A stretch of DNA of 62,974 bases, counting the filler, from Globobulimina sp. (Eukaryota), in NCBI GenBank assembly GCA_003354225.1. It is 26 parts of 26 records of this genome, joined end to end, with 100 filler letters (N's around TTAATTAATTAA, not from the genome) between each part and the next. Parts side by side here need not be neighbours in the genome. Positions count along the whole stretch, not along the records: positions 12,141 to 14,467 come from PIVH01007361.1; positions 14,568 to 16,894 come from PIVH01007362.1; positions 16,995 to 19,320 come from PIVH01007363.1; positions 19,421 to 21,746 come from PIVH01007364.1; positions 21,847 to 24,172 come from PIVH01007365.1; 21 more parts are not named here. One strand, 5' to 3'. Position 1 is the stretch's first letter. Each line of letters opens with the position of its first letter. Under the pieces are notes generated by a model. The model was not told the DNA's origin. It did not search any database and was given only the letters and a program-made list of their open reading frames with translations. The position numbers were made by a program, and so were the translations under genes. Shown here one piece after another: positions 12,041 to 24,272 of this stretch.

Positions 12041-12381
12041 NNNNNNNNNNNNNNNNNNNNNNNNNNNNNNNNNNNNNNNNNNNNTTAATTAATTAANNNN
12101 NNNNNNNNNNNNNNNNNNNNNNNNNNNNNNNNNNNNNNNNTTCATCAATTCGAAATCCGTAATATGTGTGATGCTCAAGGAGTTAAACTAAATATAAATA
12201 TAAAATAACTGTTCCATGTATATGTAGTGTGACTAATGCATACGGTGTAACTGATTGTGGTGTGATGTGAATACATTCATTTTTTTTCGTAAACCATTTT
12301 ATATAAATCCAATGAATATTTTGCCAAAACGACAAACATTTTTGTTTTTTTTTCATTCTTTCAAGTGACTTTCAACCGAAC

Positions 12382-14265
12382 ATGGCATCACCAACTTTGT
12401 TTAAATGGGAGAATGACAATGCAATTTCGATGCAGACGATTAAACAAAAAATTACGCACCAACTTCGACCGCGGCAATTACTATCAATGAGCAACAGATT
12501 TACGATATTTGAACATGAATTTTATTTATCACTATATTCAGAATTATTAGATAAGCAAATGATTTTACAGCTTGATTTGAATGCATTTGGTAGTGGTGTT
12601 GGTCAGATTATGTTCGATTGTAATGTTCGACATATTGAATCAAAAAAAATGCAATCATTCAATGATAATAAATTTGAAACAAGTTCAACCAGTTTAAAAA
12701 TGCATTTATTTCTGGATAAAAATGAATTTGTAAAATATAATTCATTCTCATTCCATTTCGAAATCACAGCATTCACCGCCTTTGACCATTTCAATAAAAT
12801 GATATTTTCAACAATGCATAACACGAATTATCCGCAAACACCAAATAATACAGAAATACAAACGTATATGGATTGCTTCCCAGGAGGAGATGATGAATTT
12901 GACACTGATATTGATATTGCTATGAACATAGCCAATATAAGTCCAATTATTCCAAACCGTTTTCATAATGAGTCAAAATGTAGCAATTTTAATAGTAAAT
13001 TAGAAGCTGATTATTCTGATGAAGAAGATGATGATATTAATAGTCCGCAAACCGACCGCAAACCAACCAATAAATTACCATCAATCAATGATGCAAATAA
13101 AATGAAATTGACAGAAACAGAACATTGGAAAGAAGGAGAATTTGCGGTTCGAAAGGATGAATTATGTGTCATTTCAAAAGTGGATTGTTCAACGAATCCG
13201 CCATCAATCACTGTTTTAATGTTAGAGAGTTCAGAATATGTCGGAACAGAAATGCAGTGCTTACAACATCCATCAGTTATGTTTTTGTTTTTGTTTTGGT
13301 GTATTCAGTCATATAACACTCTAAAATTAAGGGTGATAAAATGGAAAAATTGACAGAAATCAAAGCTAATATGGATGGAATTTTGGATAAAAAGATAGAA
13401 ATTGAAAATGTCAAACAATCAAAAGAATTAAAAATAAACAATAAATTATTATTAGAAGCATTAAATACAAACTATATGAAAAGCCCAGCAATAAATTCCC
13501 AAAATCGATATCAATGTCAAATCGAAGAGAAGCAATTATCAAATGATGAACAATCAGTTTGTGTACTTTTCATTTGATTTTTTGTATATTTTTCAAAACC
13601 AAAATTAAAAACAGGAAACTGACGCTGATGAAGTAGTATCAATCAAATCTGCAGCTGATAACAATGATAATCACGATTTAGTATGTTTTTTTTTGTTTGT
13701 TTTATCAGTTTGCTAGGTTTGCTGTGATACAAAAACTCTGAAAAGGCACAAAGTACAGCACATAATACGGAAACGAGTAATAAATGTGGTGAAGCATTAA
13801 ATGATATTAATCAAGAAAATATCACACCAAATAGGAAAATTAATAATGTCTCAAAACATTTATTATTAACTCAAACAGCAATAGACTCGCATAATGAATA
13901 TCATTTATCACGAATAGGACCATCAATGGGGAAAATACCATCCAGTGGGAAATTGTCAATACAATATTTACAAAAATTAGGTAAATATAATGATTTGATG
14001 AATACATTTATAACAATAACAAATATTCAAAAGCAAGTGAAAACTGAATATAATAGCAATTTAGCACAAATGTCAGCAAATGTAATTATTGCTGATACAT
14101 TTAAATTGGATATGACAGCAAAAAAAATAAAAGAAATTGCAATTGCCTCAAATGCAATGGATACAAAGACACCAATAAATCGAAAACGAAGAGTGAGGAG
14201 ATATAGTTCTGGTTGTTTTGATATGACACAATCCAACAATGCAAATAAAAATTATTCATCGCCAA
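12382..14265 (+). CDS. Multi-exon hypothetical protein with MATH-like N-terminus (3' end interrupted)
   Basis: Three frame-preserving GT-AG introns: 13276-13331, 13557-13614, 13681-13745. The reading frame runs into foreign GC-richer sequence near 14265. Confidence 0.75.
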
Positions 14266-14467
14266 CATTTCCATTGGGCATTACCACAATCATGGGTCTT
14301 GCCTTACCGGTGGCGATCAGGTTATCCATAATCTGTGTGCTTCGACCCAGTGAGAGCCAGGCCTCTTCATCACCTCCTGCCCCATGCAAAAGATAGAGAA
14401 CCGGGAGGGACTCACTGCCGGATTCATAACCCGGGGGCGTGTAGATGGTGATCCTTCGTTCCTTTTC
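14262..14467 (-). CDS. Bacterial-type esterase fragment (CE1 / Fes-like alpha/beta hydrolase)
   Basis: Minus strand reads ERRITIYTPPGYESGSESLPVLYLLHGAGGDEEAWLSLGRSTQIMDNLIATGKARPMIVVMPNGN. GC rises abruptly. Confidence 0.9.
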
Positions 14468-14567
14468 NNNNNNNNNNNNNNNNNNNNNNNNNNNNNNNNN
14501 NNNNNNNNNNNTTAATTAATTAANNNNNNNNNNNNNNNNNNNNNNNNNNNNNNNNNNNNNNNNNNNN

Positions 14568-14686
14568 TGATGTGTATAATCATACAGCAGTCAATTGTGG
14601 GAGATTTATGTGTTTGACGATAGCGATTTAAGTGGTATTTATGTGAATGAAAACGAAGAGAATGTGATAATGTACGGCGTCTAATT
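14568..14686 (+). repeat. 119-bp terminal direct repeat, left copy
   Basis: Identical to 16776-16894 at the other end of the same contig. Confidence 0.97.
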
Positions 14687-15004
14687 AGGGGTCTCCGATA
14701 AGTACTGATTTTTTCAAAAACTTATCAAACAGCTCTCAAAAATGCAATCAGTTCGATAAGTATTTTAATTTTTTTTAAATTACATAATCGTAACAACACA
14801 CACAAGAATGAGTAAGATGACTTAGATAAGCAAAAAACAAATAAACATTCACAAAAAATACCACATATATGATATATCCTTGTACTTTCACACATGTTTT
14901 TGTCTCGAAATTAATAAAAGTGGAATTGCGATAGAAATATTTTATTATTTGCTTGTCTTCCATTACAATTCCAAGCGATTAAAGAAATAATCCATAAAAA
15001 CACA

Positions 15005-15960
15005 TTAAAATAAATTATTCTCTATTCCAAGCAAAGAATTCATCTCTAAACGGCGTTTATGAATATAAACAAAATTACAAATATAATGGATTGGGCTATG
15101 AAAAACATGTTCCTCACTTTTCGGTGTATTCCCACATTCACCAAACGTGTTGCTTCCAAATGTATAGACTTCTCCGGCTTTAGGCTTTACTCAATGCCAC
15201 AGAATGCCCACTACCGCAACAGATATCATTGACACAAATCTTTAATTGTAGGAATAGTGGAATTATGCTTGGTTTACTTTGTTGATCTTTATCTGCTGTA
15301 CATGGCCCCACTTATTCCATCCAAACGATAAAACATTACCATCTGAATCTAAACATAGAGAGTGACCGCTTCCAGTTGCAATTTTTTTAATGTTTTCAAG
15401 TGTTTGAATATGATTCCATCGATATCCTTTTGATTCTGATCCTTTCCCATTTTTTTTGTTTTGTCCATTCCCTCCCTTCATACCATAACCTGTACCATAT
15501 ACTTTACCAGACATTGTCAATAATAATGAATAATCTGCCGCACATTTTATCTCTTTAATAATACCATTCTTGAATATGATGGTTGATAATGCATTTTTAG
15601 TGGATGTTGTACCATTTGTTATTTGCCCATATTCATTACATCCAAATCCATATAATTTATTATCATCACTTAATACAAAGCATGTCGTGAATATTGGACT
15701 GGTGTACAAAATATGGATTGAATGGTGATTCCTAGGCCTTGTATTGAATTGATTTTGACGGCTTTGCTTTGTTTTGCTACCTTAAAAATCCTTTTATTCC
15801 ATTCATGACTTGATATCCATTCTGATTCTGCATAATCTGTATAAACAACAAAAACTTTATTCTTCTCTACTTTGCTTATTGTTGCATTATATTTCGTATT
15901 GCCTTTACGTATACATTGTATTCGTTCTCCTTTTGTAAATCCAGTCTTATTTTTACAATT
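15005..15960 (-). pseudogene. Tudor-like + RCC1-repeat gene, disrupted
   Basis: Tudor-like KGERIQC...YNATISKV...VFVVYTDYAESEWI. RCC1 repeats LYGFGCNEYGQ, IATGSGHSLCL...SFGWNKWG, CGSGHSVAL...YTFGSNTFGECG. Frameshift near 15705 and a 7-nt tandem duplication at 15176-15189. Confidence 0.8.
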
Positions 15961-16775
15961 ATGTGTATATAAAACGCCAAAAAAATGAAATGTAACAAAC
16001 AAATGAAAATAAAAATGCATACCTTGTTGTTATTTTGTTTTTTTTGAATTATTTTTTGCATACGTTGGCCATTTGTATTATTTCCAGCAGAATAAAATGA
16101 ATTATTGGAATCCCTACTATTTATTCAGTCATGGAGCGGTATAATATTTGCATTTTGTATTATAATAATCTGTACGAAATAGACATTGTATAAATGCAAT
16201 ATTAGCAACGTGAACAGCAACACATCGACCAGTACAACGAACCGCGTCTGCAGCCATTCGCTCCTTGCGTTCTTTATCTGCGGTTGGATCAAATTTGGCG
16301 ATACAGTAATTCATAACAAATCCTTTCGACGCTCAATATCACCGCATTCGTCATCCTGTTCTAACATAGAAGACTCGCCCTCAAACTCACCGTTATCACC
16401 GACGCCGCCTATACTCATCACTTCGGGCTCTGGCTCTGGCTATAAATTATAATCAAAGGAAAAAATTAATGAATTTAATGGTGAATAAAGAGAAATGAAT
16501 CAGATTAATATTTATGATCATGACATCGTACAACATCCAATTCCAATTCCTTTAATTGCGGCAGTAGACTGTAAATCCATTACTTCATCAAAAGCCAGCG
16601 TCCATTTTACTGCAATGTTATCAGAAAAGGATCGAAATCAAAAAGTTGCAATTGGCTCAACATTATTTATGAAATTAGAAGCTTCCAACAATTGCAACGA
16701 TATCGATATTGATATTGAAAGAAAAAAATGTGGAATATGCAATATTGAAATTGGATAAAAATAAAAAGAAAAATC

Positions 16776-16894
16776 TGATGTGTATAATCATACAGCAGTC
16801 AATTGTGGGAGATTTATGTGTTTGACGATAGCGATTTAAGTGGTATTTATGTGAATGAAAACGAAGAGAATGTGATAATGTACGGCGTCTAATT
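16776..16894 (+). repeat. 119-bp terminal direct repeat, right copy
   Basis: Identical to 14568-14686. Confidence 0.97.
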
Positions 16895-16994
16895 NNNNNN
16901 NNNNNNNNNNNNNNNNNNNNNNNNNNNNNNNNNNNNNNTTAATTAATTAANNNNNNNNNNNNNNNNNNNNNNNNNNNNNNNNNNNNNNNNNNNN

Positions 16995-18025
16995 ATAAAG
17001 TGTCTACAGATAACAGTCGAAGCATCGGTTCTTTGCCGCATTGCTGGATCAATAAAAAACAATCGTTCCGTACAAAATGGCATTTCGAATATAAATTTGA
17101 CAGAAACACTATACACAGATTTAAAAAAAGCAATGTTGGCAAAAGTTTTACGTCGAATATTATTGACAATACATGGCAATTATTAGTGCATCCTAACGGA
17201 TACCAACAAGATTGTAAAGGAAATGTCGGAGTCTGTCTTTCATTGTGTTCGTTACCACCAAATACGGCAGAAATTGTGGCAAAATTCTCCATCAAATGTT
17301 GCGACAGCGATCATAATCGCAGTTATAAGCATACGTTCAAAGCTCATGCCAATACTTTGGGGCCTTCGAAGCTTATTCCTTTGCCACGGTTGGCTTCGTT
17401 GAATGAGCTTACATTTATTGTTGATATTAAGATTTTGAGTGTGAAGAAAGAGGAAAACATAGAATGTATTGTTTCTGATTCAAATATAATTGATCGGATA
17501 TTTGCATTGTATTCCTGTGATAATTATGAAGAACGTAAATTGGATTCTGTTAATATCCGACGACAACTCATAGAAAAAGATAAAAAAATTCAAGAGTTAA
17601 GTTCAAAAATGATATCAATGCAAAATGTAATTGGTGCCAACGAGAAAACAGTCGAAGAATTAACAAAAGAAATGGCATCGATCAAACAACAATTAACGAA
17701 TAAGATTAATAATTTAGAATTTCGTGTATTTGCAGAGAAAAAAAAGAACGAGGAAAAGGAAGATGATATAAATAATAATAAACAACAAAATAATCAAAAT
17801 CCAAGACAAAAACAATTAAAATCATGGTTTATTAATGAAGTTCAATTAGCAGAGTATTTTGATGTTTTTGTGGAACATGGTTTCGAAGATTTTGATTCTA
17901 TAAAATATGTCACCGCAAATGAACTAATTTTGATGAAGATTACAAAAATCGGGCATAAAATGAAATTACTTCGATTTATTGCTAAATTAAATGTTGATAA
18001 CGAAGGAAATACTGCCTATCGATAA
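16995..18025 (+). CDS. MATH - coiled coil - SAM domain protein (5' truncated)
   Basis: MATH: WQLLVHPNG...GNVGVCLSL...AKFSI. Heptad-rich middle. SAM: LKSWFINEVQLAEYFDVFVEHGFED...ITKIGHKMKLL. Confidence 0.88.
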
Positions 18026-18276
18026 ATATTAATATTCATTGTTATACGTGTTTGTATTGTGCGTGTTGTCGATATTTGTATTGTTTGTGCTCAGTTTAAT
18101 TTGTACGATATTTGTAAACTGAAACTCCACTGAAAAAATTTAGAACGGTGTTATCTTTATATTGGTCGGTGTTATCTAGCCGCGAGGTACCGAGGGAGTG
18201 AAGGTTATGTATCAAAACTCACCGTTTAGACAATATAATAACGACGGAGTTTTTAATCTAAGTGCCAGTGGAGACC

Positions 18277-19320
18277 ATGTTCTCTTCAATTCGAAGTCCA
18301 AAACCTCCGAAAACCAGAACACAAAAAGTGAAAGAAAAGATATGGTTTATTTGTTGCAGTTATAAAACATCTTGTTCTGTGTGGATGTTATTATTATTTG
18401 GACTTTTCATGTTATATTTACGAGAGAATTATACAAGTTTGAGTGTCACTGCCATTACAAAGTTTATTCCTGTATATTCTGCATCCATTCCCGAGCCAGA
18501 TTCATTGCGAATGGTCTCTCGCTCAGATATCGCCGGCTATGCCTATTTACATCCATTATCATATAAATCATTGGGATATGGAACTTGTCCGTATTTATCC
18601 CCAACATTTCCAAATATTGGACCAGAGATAGCATATATTTGTCCGTCAGATAAGGCTTACACAGCCAGCGCAGTATGGCAGTTACAGAACGATGTAGGCA
18701 ACGATGCCATGGCATTTTTTAAACAAATTGAATTCTTTAAACAAATTGTTAGAAACAATACAGATTCAACCAATAAAAATCTACAAATACGTTTAAAGAA
18801 AGCCAGTGTACTTAATATTGGATATCAATATGTTTCATGTCACACAAAAAGAGATATAAAAACATTAAAAACTGAGTGGAAAGATATTATCAAAGATGAT
18901 GAATATAGGGCTATTTTTAAACGATTTGGATTGAAATCATGGCAGGATTTGGAGGTTTGTTTTGATGCAGTTTTGTGTGCCAATGATAATTATTTTGGAG
19001 AGTACAGTTTTAATTTATATTTGAATGAAAAATCACAAAATATGTTGAAAACATTGGTGGCAAAAACTGAGCAAATTGAGGAAGAAAAGTATTCCATTGA
19101 CTTGACGCTTAAACGTGAAAATCGAAAGGCATTTCATGTCATATTGGCCCATATTACAAACAGCGCAGATTATGATTCATTCGATGCAAAAGCATTAATG
19201 GATGAAATTAATAAAGAAATGAAAGGTAAATTCCCTTGCATTAAATTGGCGATGGAGCCTACTTTTAAAAATGAATGGTGTCATAATACTAAAAAATTAC
19301 AGGAAAACTCTCCTAGATTT
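18277..19320 (+). CDS. Uncharacterised type II membrane protein (3' truncated)
   Basis: Basic N-terminal tail, one TM segment (VWMLLLFGLFMLYL), long open luminal region. Confidence 0.7.
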
Positions 19321-19601
19321 NNNNNNNNNNNNNNNNNNNNNNNNNNNNNNNNNNNNNNNNNNNNTTAATTAATTAANNNNNNNNNNNNNNNNNNNNNNNN
19401 NNNNNNNNNNNNNNNNNNNNATAATATCATACGATTTTCTGATTTTTTTACGGACAGGATTTGAAAATGCGGATAAGATAAATGAAACATGTTAAGATAG
19501 ATTTATGTTATGTTAACATGGTATTAATTAAATTAAAAATATATTTTACAACAAATAGCAACGATATCTATTACGTATACAGAGTATAGATGCACTGCAT
19601 A

Positions 19602-21506
19602 TTATGTTCTTGGTTTAATTTTTATCTTAAAACCGTCCGATTGCTTCATAACCAAAATAGGCGCCAATGGAATATTAATAATGTCCTGATTTGGCTGTGG
19701 AACAATTTCATATTTTCTTAAAATTGAGATTGCCATTACTTTTGCTTGCATGATAGCGGCTGTTTTGCCTAAACATAATCTCGGATTCACATTAAATACT
19801 GGAAATTTATACATATCATAAGAATTTAAACCATTTACAAATCGCGATGGGTCAAAGATATCTGCATTGGGACCCCACAATTGAGGCAATCGCAAATAAG
19901 CGCACGTATACACCATCACGCCATCTGACGCTAATAACTGTAATGTTTTATTATTTCCATTGAAATCTCGATATGGAATAACAGTGTCTTTCACAGCAAG
20001 TCTCGATAAAAATGGAACGGGCGGATACATTCTAAGCGTTTCCATCAACACAGATTCTAAATAACCATATTTACGGACTTTTGTTTTCTCATTAATTTTA
20101 ATACTCTTTTTTTTGTTAAATTATATATAAAAATCCAAACTAAAATGTCAGTTTAAGCATCTTTTGCATGGATAAAATATGCATAAATGTCCATTTTAAT
20201 TTGGATATACCTTTGCATTTGGAATACAATCATTATATACTAATGTCTCACCTTTGTATTGATCGATTTCCTCATATAATTTATTTAAAATATGTTGATT
20301 CTCTTTCTTAGTGATTTCAAAAAAGAAAAAGGACAATAAAATGCGTGTGGTGTCACGTGCTGCGATCACAAAATTCATTGTAATATCTCGAATGTCCTTA
20401 AGATTGCTTATTTGTGATTGTTTTTCCTGTTTATTATATTTCATAAACAAACTCAATAAATCATGTTTTTCACGATCTTCGTCCATAATATTTCTGTTTG
20501 ACTCACTCTTCATTCTTCTTTTAATTATTCCGTCTGCAAAATCCGCCAAAATCTTTGCATGATTCGGAATATTGACACCTTCTCTTTCTCCAATGCCAAA
20601 TCTCCGCTTTGTTCTCCAAAAAGGATCAGGATACCGAGCCTGACATTCATTGACTAATAAATCAAAAGCAGTGCAAAACGAATGTGTTTTGGGTAATAAC
20701 TGTATGATATCTGTGCTTTCACCAAACGCAGTCTCCAGGAAACTTTGCAATGTGTATCGACCAAACATTTCCCATAAATCCATAATCGAATTATTTGCAG
20801 AAAACGATAATTGTTTCATTTTTTCAACCAAAATGTCAGCGTTGTCCACTGAACATTGAAACATATAATTTTTTAAATTATTCAATGAAAACATCCGCGA
20901 AGCCACTTTACGATGAAATTTCCATCCATCGTTCCAATCTGATGCGAATATACCATTTCCTTTCAAAATAAGCATTGTGTTTACGTGCATTGTATATATA
21001 TATATTATACCTAATAATGGCTCCATTGGTTCCTTAACATGAGGTCCTTTGATAAAATCTGTAAATCGATCTTCAAAAATTAATTTTATTATTTTTGGAC
21101 AAAATATCAAATATTCATAATTCCGTTGTTGAGACAATTTTGGTCCTTTGGTGTTTAATAGTTGATAGCTTCAAAACAAATCAACATAAAATACATTCAT
21201 ACCACCCCATATCACAAATTTTTCGCCGGTTTGTTTAATTAAACGTAGACATTCTGCGGTAAATTTTGGATGGAAATTATTTGATTTATTTTGAAGGATC
21301 CATAGTAATGTTCCTGTTCCGGCGCTGTGAAATATGATTGGAATGGAGGGATTTGGCACTTTGTATTTCCAACACCCGATGGAATGAACTGTTTCAAATT
21401 ATTTTAGATGTGCCGTGATGTAGTGATGTGAATATTATATTATTTAACTTTTATAAATTATATAACCAGCCACTAATCCAACACCAACTGATTTAATAAT
21501 ATCATA
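19602..21506 (-). CDS. Cytochrome P450 (CYP86/94/704-like), multi-exon
   Basis: LLGNGIFASD, NFVIAARDTT (I-helix), ETLR (ExxR), FDPSRF, FNVNPRLCLG (heme Cys). Introns include 21202-21146 and the stop-free 51-nt 21010-20960. Start codon not located. Confidence 0.93.
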
Positions 21507-21846
21507 TTATATTATATTTGAATGCATTTCTACGCAGACTACGGACCTGCTTTTATTTTCGTCTTTTGCACAGGTACCATTTTATTGACTGATTTTTGCA
21601 CAGATTCATACCACTCGTTCAATGAAGAAAGCATCACTAACGGTTCGTGAATATATGTATTTCGATCGTTTGACCTTTTATGAAGTTTTGGTGTTAGTCT
21701 ACTGCCCAAAAACACTAATTCCATGGGTACTTCCTCCAGCAAACCCNNNNNNNNNNNNNNNNNNNNNNNNNNNNNNNNNNNNNNNNNNNNTTAATTAATT
21801 AANNNNNNNNNNNNNNNNNNNNNNNNNNNNNNNNNNNNNNNNNNNN

Positions 21847-22687
21847 CGTTCGCCAACATCCGCATTTTGAATGATGTAAATTTCAATGAGCTGAGATCCC
21901 GCAACAACGAAATCGGGAAAATAATTAAATAACAGATAATAAGCACACTTTTAGTGTAGATACTCGAATCAAAAAATAAGCTCCAAACCAGATCAATGGT
22001 ACTACAAAACGTCACAATGTATGCGACGGATGCACCGAAATACTGACATGTCAGTAGAATTTGAACTGTTTTGTGCAATTTGTGTCCGTAAGAATGTTGG
22101 GCTAAGCTGAATATGTAAAAAAAAAATATTTTTTATTCTGTATATAAATATGATATGCAATTTACATACGTTAGGTATGATATATTTCGATTAGGTTTAG
22201 TCCCTTTCATATTGGAAGGCAGATATTCAACGGCTATTAATAGTAAATCCAATGTGAAATACGACATAATGGCAGCTAGAAATAGGAGACAGATTCCTAT
22301 AATCAAACCGACATTGCGCAATGCGTAGGGCAGTGATAAACAGCCGGCGCCAACAATGGATATACACCTGTAACAGTCGAGTGGTTGTAGCTAGGATTAA
22401 AATGGGTGCAATTAACAAACGAAACGTAACATTGTGAAGATTGCACTTTGCTTTGAAATTAATTTGAAATCCTGATCAACGTCTTTGGAGAGCATAGAAT
22501 GAGTATCATCCTCATCAAAACACTCTGATTCTGCATATAATGTAATTATATATAAATAGTATTTTGTGAAAGTAATAGAATCTTAAATCAAACCTGGATA
22601 TGAGATTGCTGGTACCAACGATTGGTCATAGTCTTGATTGGTCATTAACAGCTCGTTACGCTCATCATTGTGTTGAATGATTAACAT
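21847..22687 (-). CDS. Amino-acid transporter (Aa_trans/SLC38-like), 5' part, multi-exon
   Basis: SIVGAGCLSLPYALRNVGLIIG, FGASVAYIV, LIIFPISLLRDLSSLKFTS, split by short introns. Confidence 0.88.
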
Positions 22688-22897
22688 TTAAAAATTAGTT
22701 TTTTCGTTTGAAAAGATGTCAAAAGAAATAATTTAAAAGAAAGTCAAAGAAACTGAAGAGGAAATTATTTGTGTGGCGATGAAAATTACTATATTTAGAA
22801 GAGGAAATTACTATATTTAGATCAATTTTTCATAATTAAACAGCTGCCTTTATCTGACTCATTTAATTTTCCATGCAAAAAAAAATAAAACAAAAAA

Positions 22898-22961
22898 TGG
22901 AGTACCCGGCTTTCGATCCCGGTGCCTTAACGTTGCGCGCTTCCGATTGCGCCAGAACCCC
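22898..22961 (-). pseudogene. tRNA-Ala-like pseudogene lacking about 9 nt of the anticodon arm
   Basis: GGGGTTC-TG-GCGC-AATCGGAA-GCGC-G...CAACGTTA-AGGCA-CCGGG-ATCGAAA-GCCGG-GTACTCC-A, 64 nt. G3:U70 pair. Followed by an oligo-T (Pol III terminator-like) run. Confidence 0.72.
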
Positions 22962-23145
22962 TACAATATTTTCTTTATATTTTCTTTATTTTTCTTGTAT
23001 AATATTGATATATAAACATCTGGCTTATTACCGGCATGAAATTATGGGAACACATGAATGTAATTATATATATACAAATTAAACATAATTATCTGATTTA
23101 TACTGCCAACAAAAGTAATATTCCATTAAAGTAATTGACAAACAT

Positions 23146-24150
23146 TTAAAGTTCTTTGTGTTGTGAACTTCTTCTTTTCACAATGCGTGCTATCCCACCT
23201 AACAAAGATAACGGATCAGCATGAACATCCTGACCATTTTCCCAAATCATAAGTCCACCAATTTTCCTCTCCAATGCAAATTTAGTTTTTTTAATAATCA
23301 TATTATATCCATTGAAATAATAATCATTATAAATATCCAATTGTTTGATATCATTATCACTCATACCTTCACCACGCAAATGCTTAACAATCTCTTCATA
23401 TGTTTTCCAATCACCAGACACTGTGTGCCTTGCATAAAAAGGCAAACCCAACGCCAACTTATTAGCTCTTATCCCGCCGTTCAGTGCATTGGTCACAGTG
23501 TGCACTGCAAAGTTATAAGTTGAATGTTTTGATTTTTTATGTGCAGAGTTCCGCATATTATCATAAGACATCATCAAAAATAAATCAATGTTTTCTTGCA
23601 AGTTATATTGTTCCGCTAACGGCGAACACAAAACCTTTTCCTGTCCGGGATAGAAAGCCATTGTCAAGATGATATCCGGTGATTTTGCTTTAAATAATTG
23701 AATAATTTGAAACAAACCAATCCATTCTTGCTCCGTGGAGGGATATTCCCAATTTAAATCTATGCCATCCATCTGGTATTCAGCCATGAATTTAAGTGAA
23801 TTTCTCACAAATTGAGCTTGTAAAGTATTTGAGATGGATACTGCAGGAAATCCATTCGAACGACCATAACCTCCGAATGATATCAATAACTTTGTATTGC
23901 TTTGTTTCGTAATTGTTCGGATTTCAACCATTTTGTCTTTTGATGGTAATCTATCCGTTTGAACTATGTTCGCATTATTATCAGTTTCTGTGCTAAATAA
24001 AATTAAATGCGTCAAATGATGTGATATTGTATCAAATGGAATGCCGTCAAATCTCCATTCTGGGACATATCCTACAACGGCAAAGTCTGTATTTTTAGAT
24101 TCCAGTGATATAAAGCATGTACGTAGAATGCATAGAATTAGTTGCCACAT
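23146..24150 (-). CDS. Glycoside hydrolase family 18 (chitinase-like) with signal peptide and C-terminal HKEL
   Basis: VVGYVPEW, KLLISFGG, MDGIDLNWEYP, LMMSYD, LALGLPFYAR, IGGLMIWE. Confidence 0.93.
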   Translation of the reverse strand: MWQLILCILRTCFISLESKNTDFAVVGYVPEWRFDGIPFDTISHHLTHLILFSTETDNNANIVQTDRLPSKDKMVEIRTITKQSNTKLLISFGGYGRSNGFPAVSISNTLQAQFVRNSLKFMAEYQMDGIDLNWEYPSTEQEWIGLFQIIQLFKAKSPDIILTMAFYPGQEKVLCSPLAEQYNLQENIDLFLMMSYDNMRNSAHKKSKHSTYNFAVHTVTNALNGGIRANKLALGLPFYARHTVSGDWKTYEEIVKHLRGEGMSDNDIKQLDIYNDYYFNGYNMIIKKTKFALERKIGGLMIWENGQDVHADPLSLLGGIARIVKRRSSQHKEL

Positions 24151-24272
24151 TGATTGAGTTTGAGGGCGAAATNNNNNNNNNNNNNNNNNNNNNNNNNNNN
24201 NNNNNNNNNNNNNNNNTTAATTAATTAANNNNNNNNNNNNNNNNNNNNNNNNNNNNNNNNNNNNNNNNNNNN

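Noticed and set aside
18277-19320. 2H phosphoesterase assignment based on AFHVILAH
   Set aside because: It lacks two clear HxT/S motifs, so the evidence is insufficient.
21539-21746. Short ORF upstream of the P450, possibly foreign DNA
   Set aside because: No recognisable family, so a gene tail cannot be distinguished from a chimera by eye.
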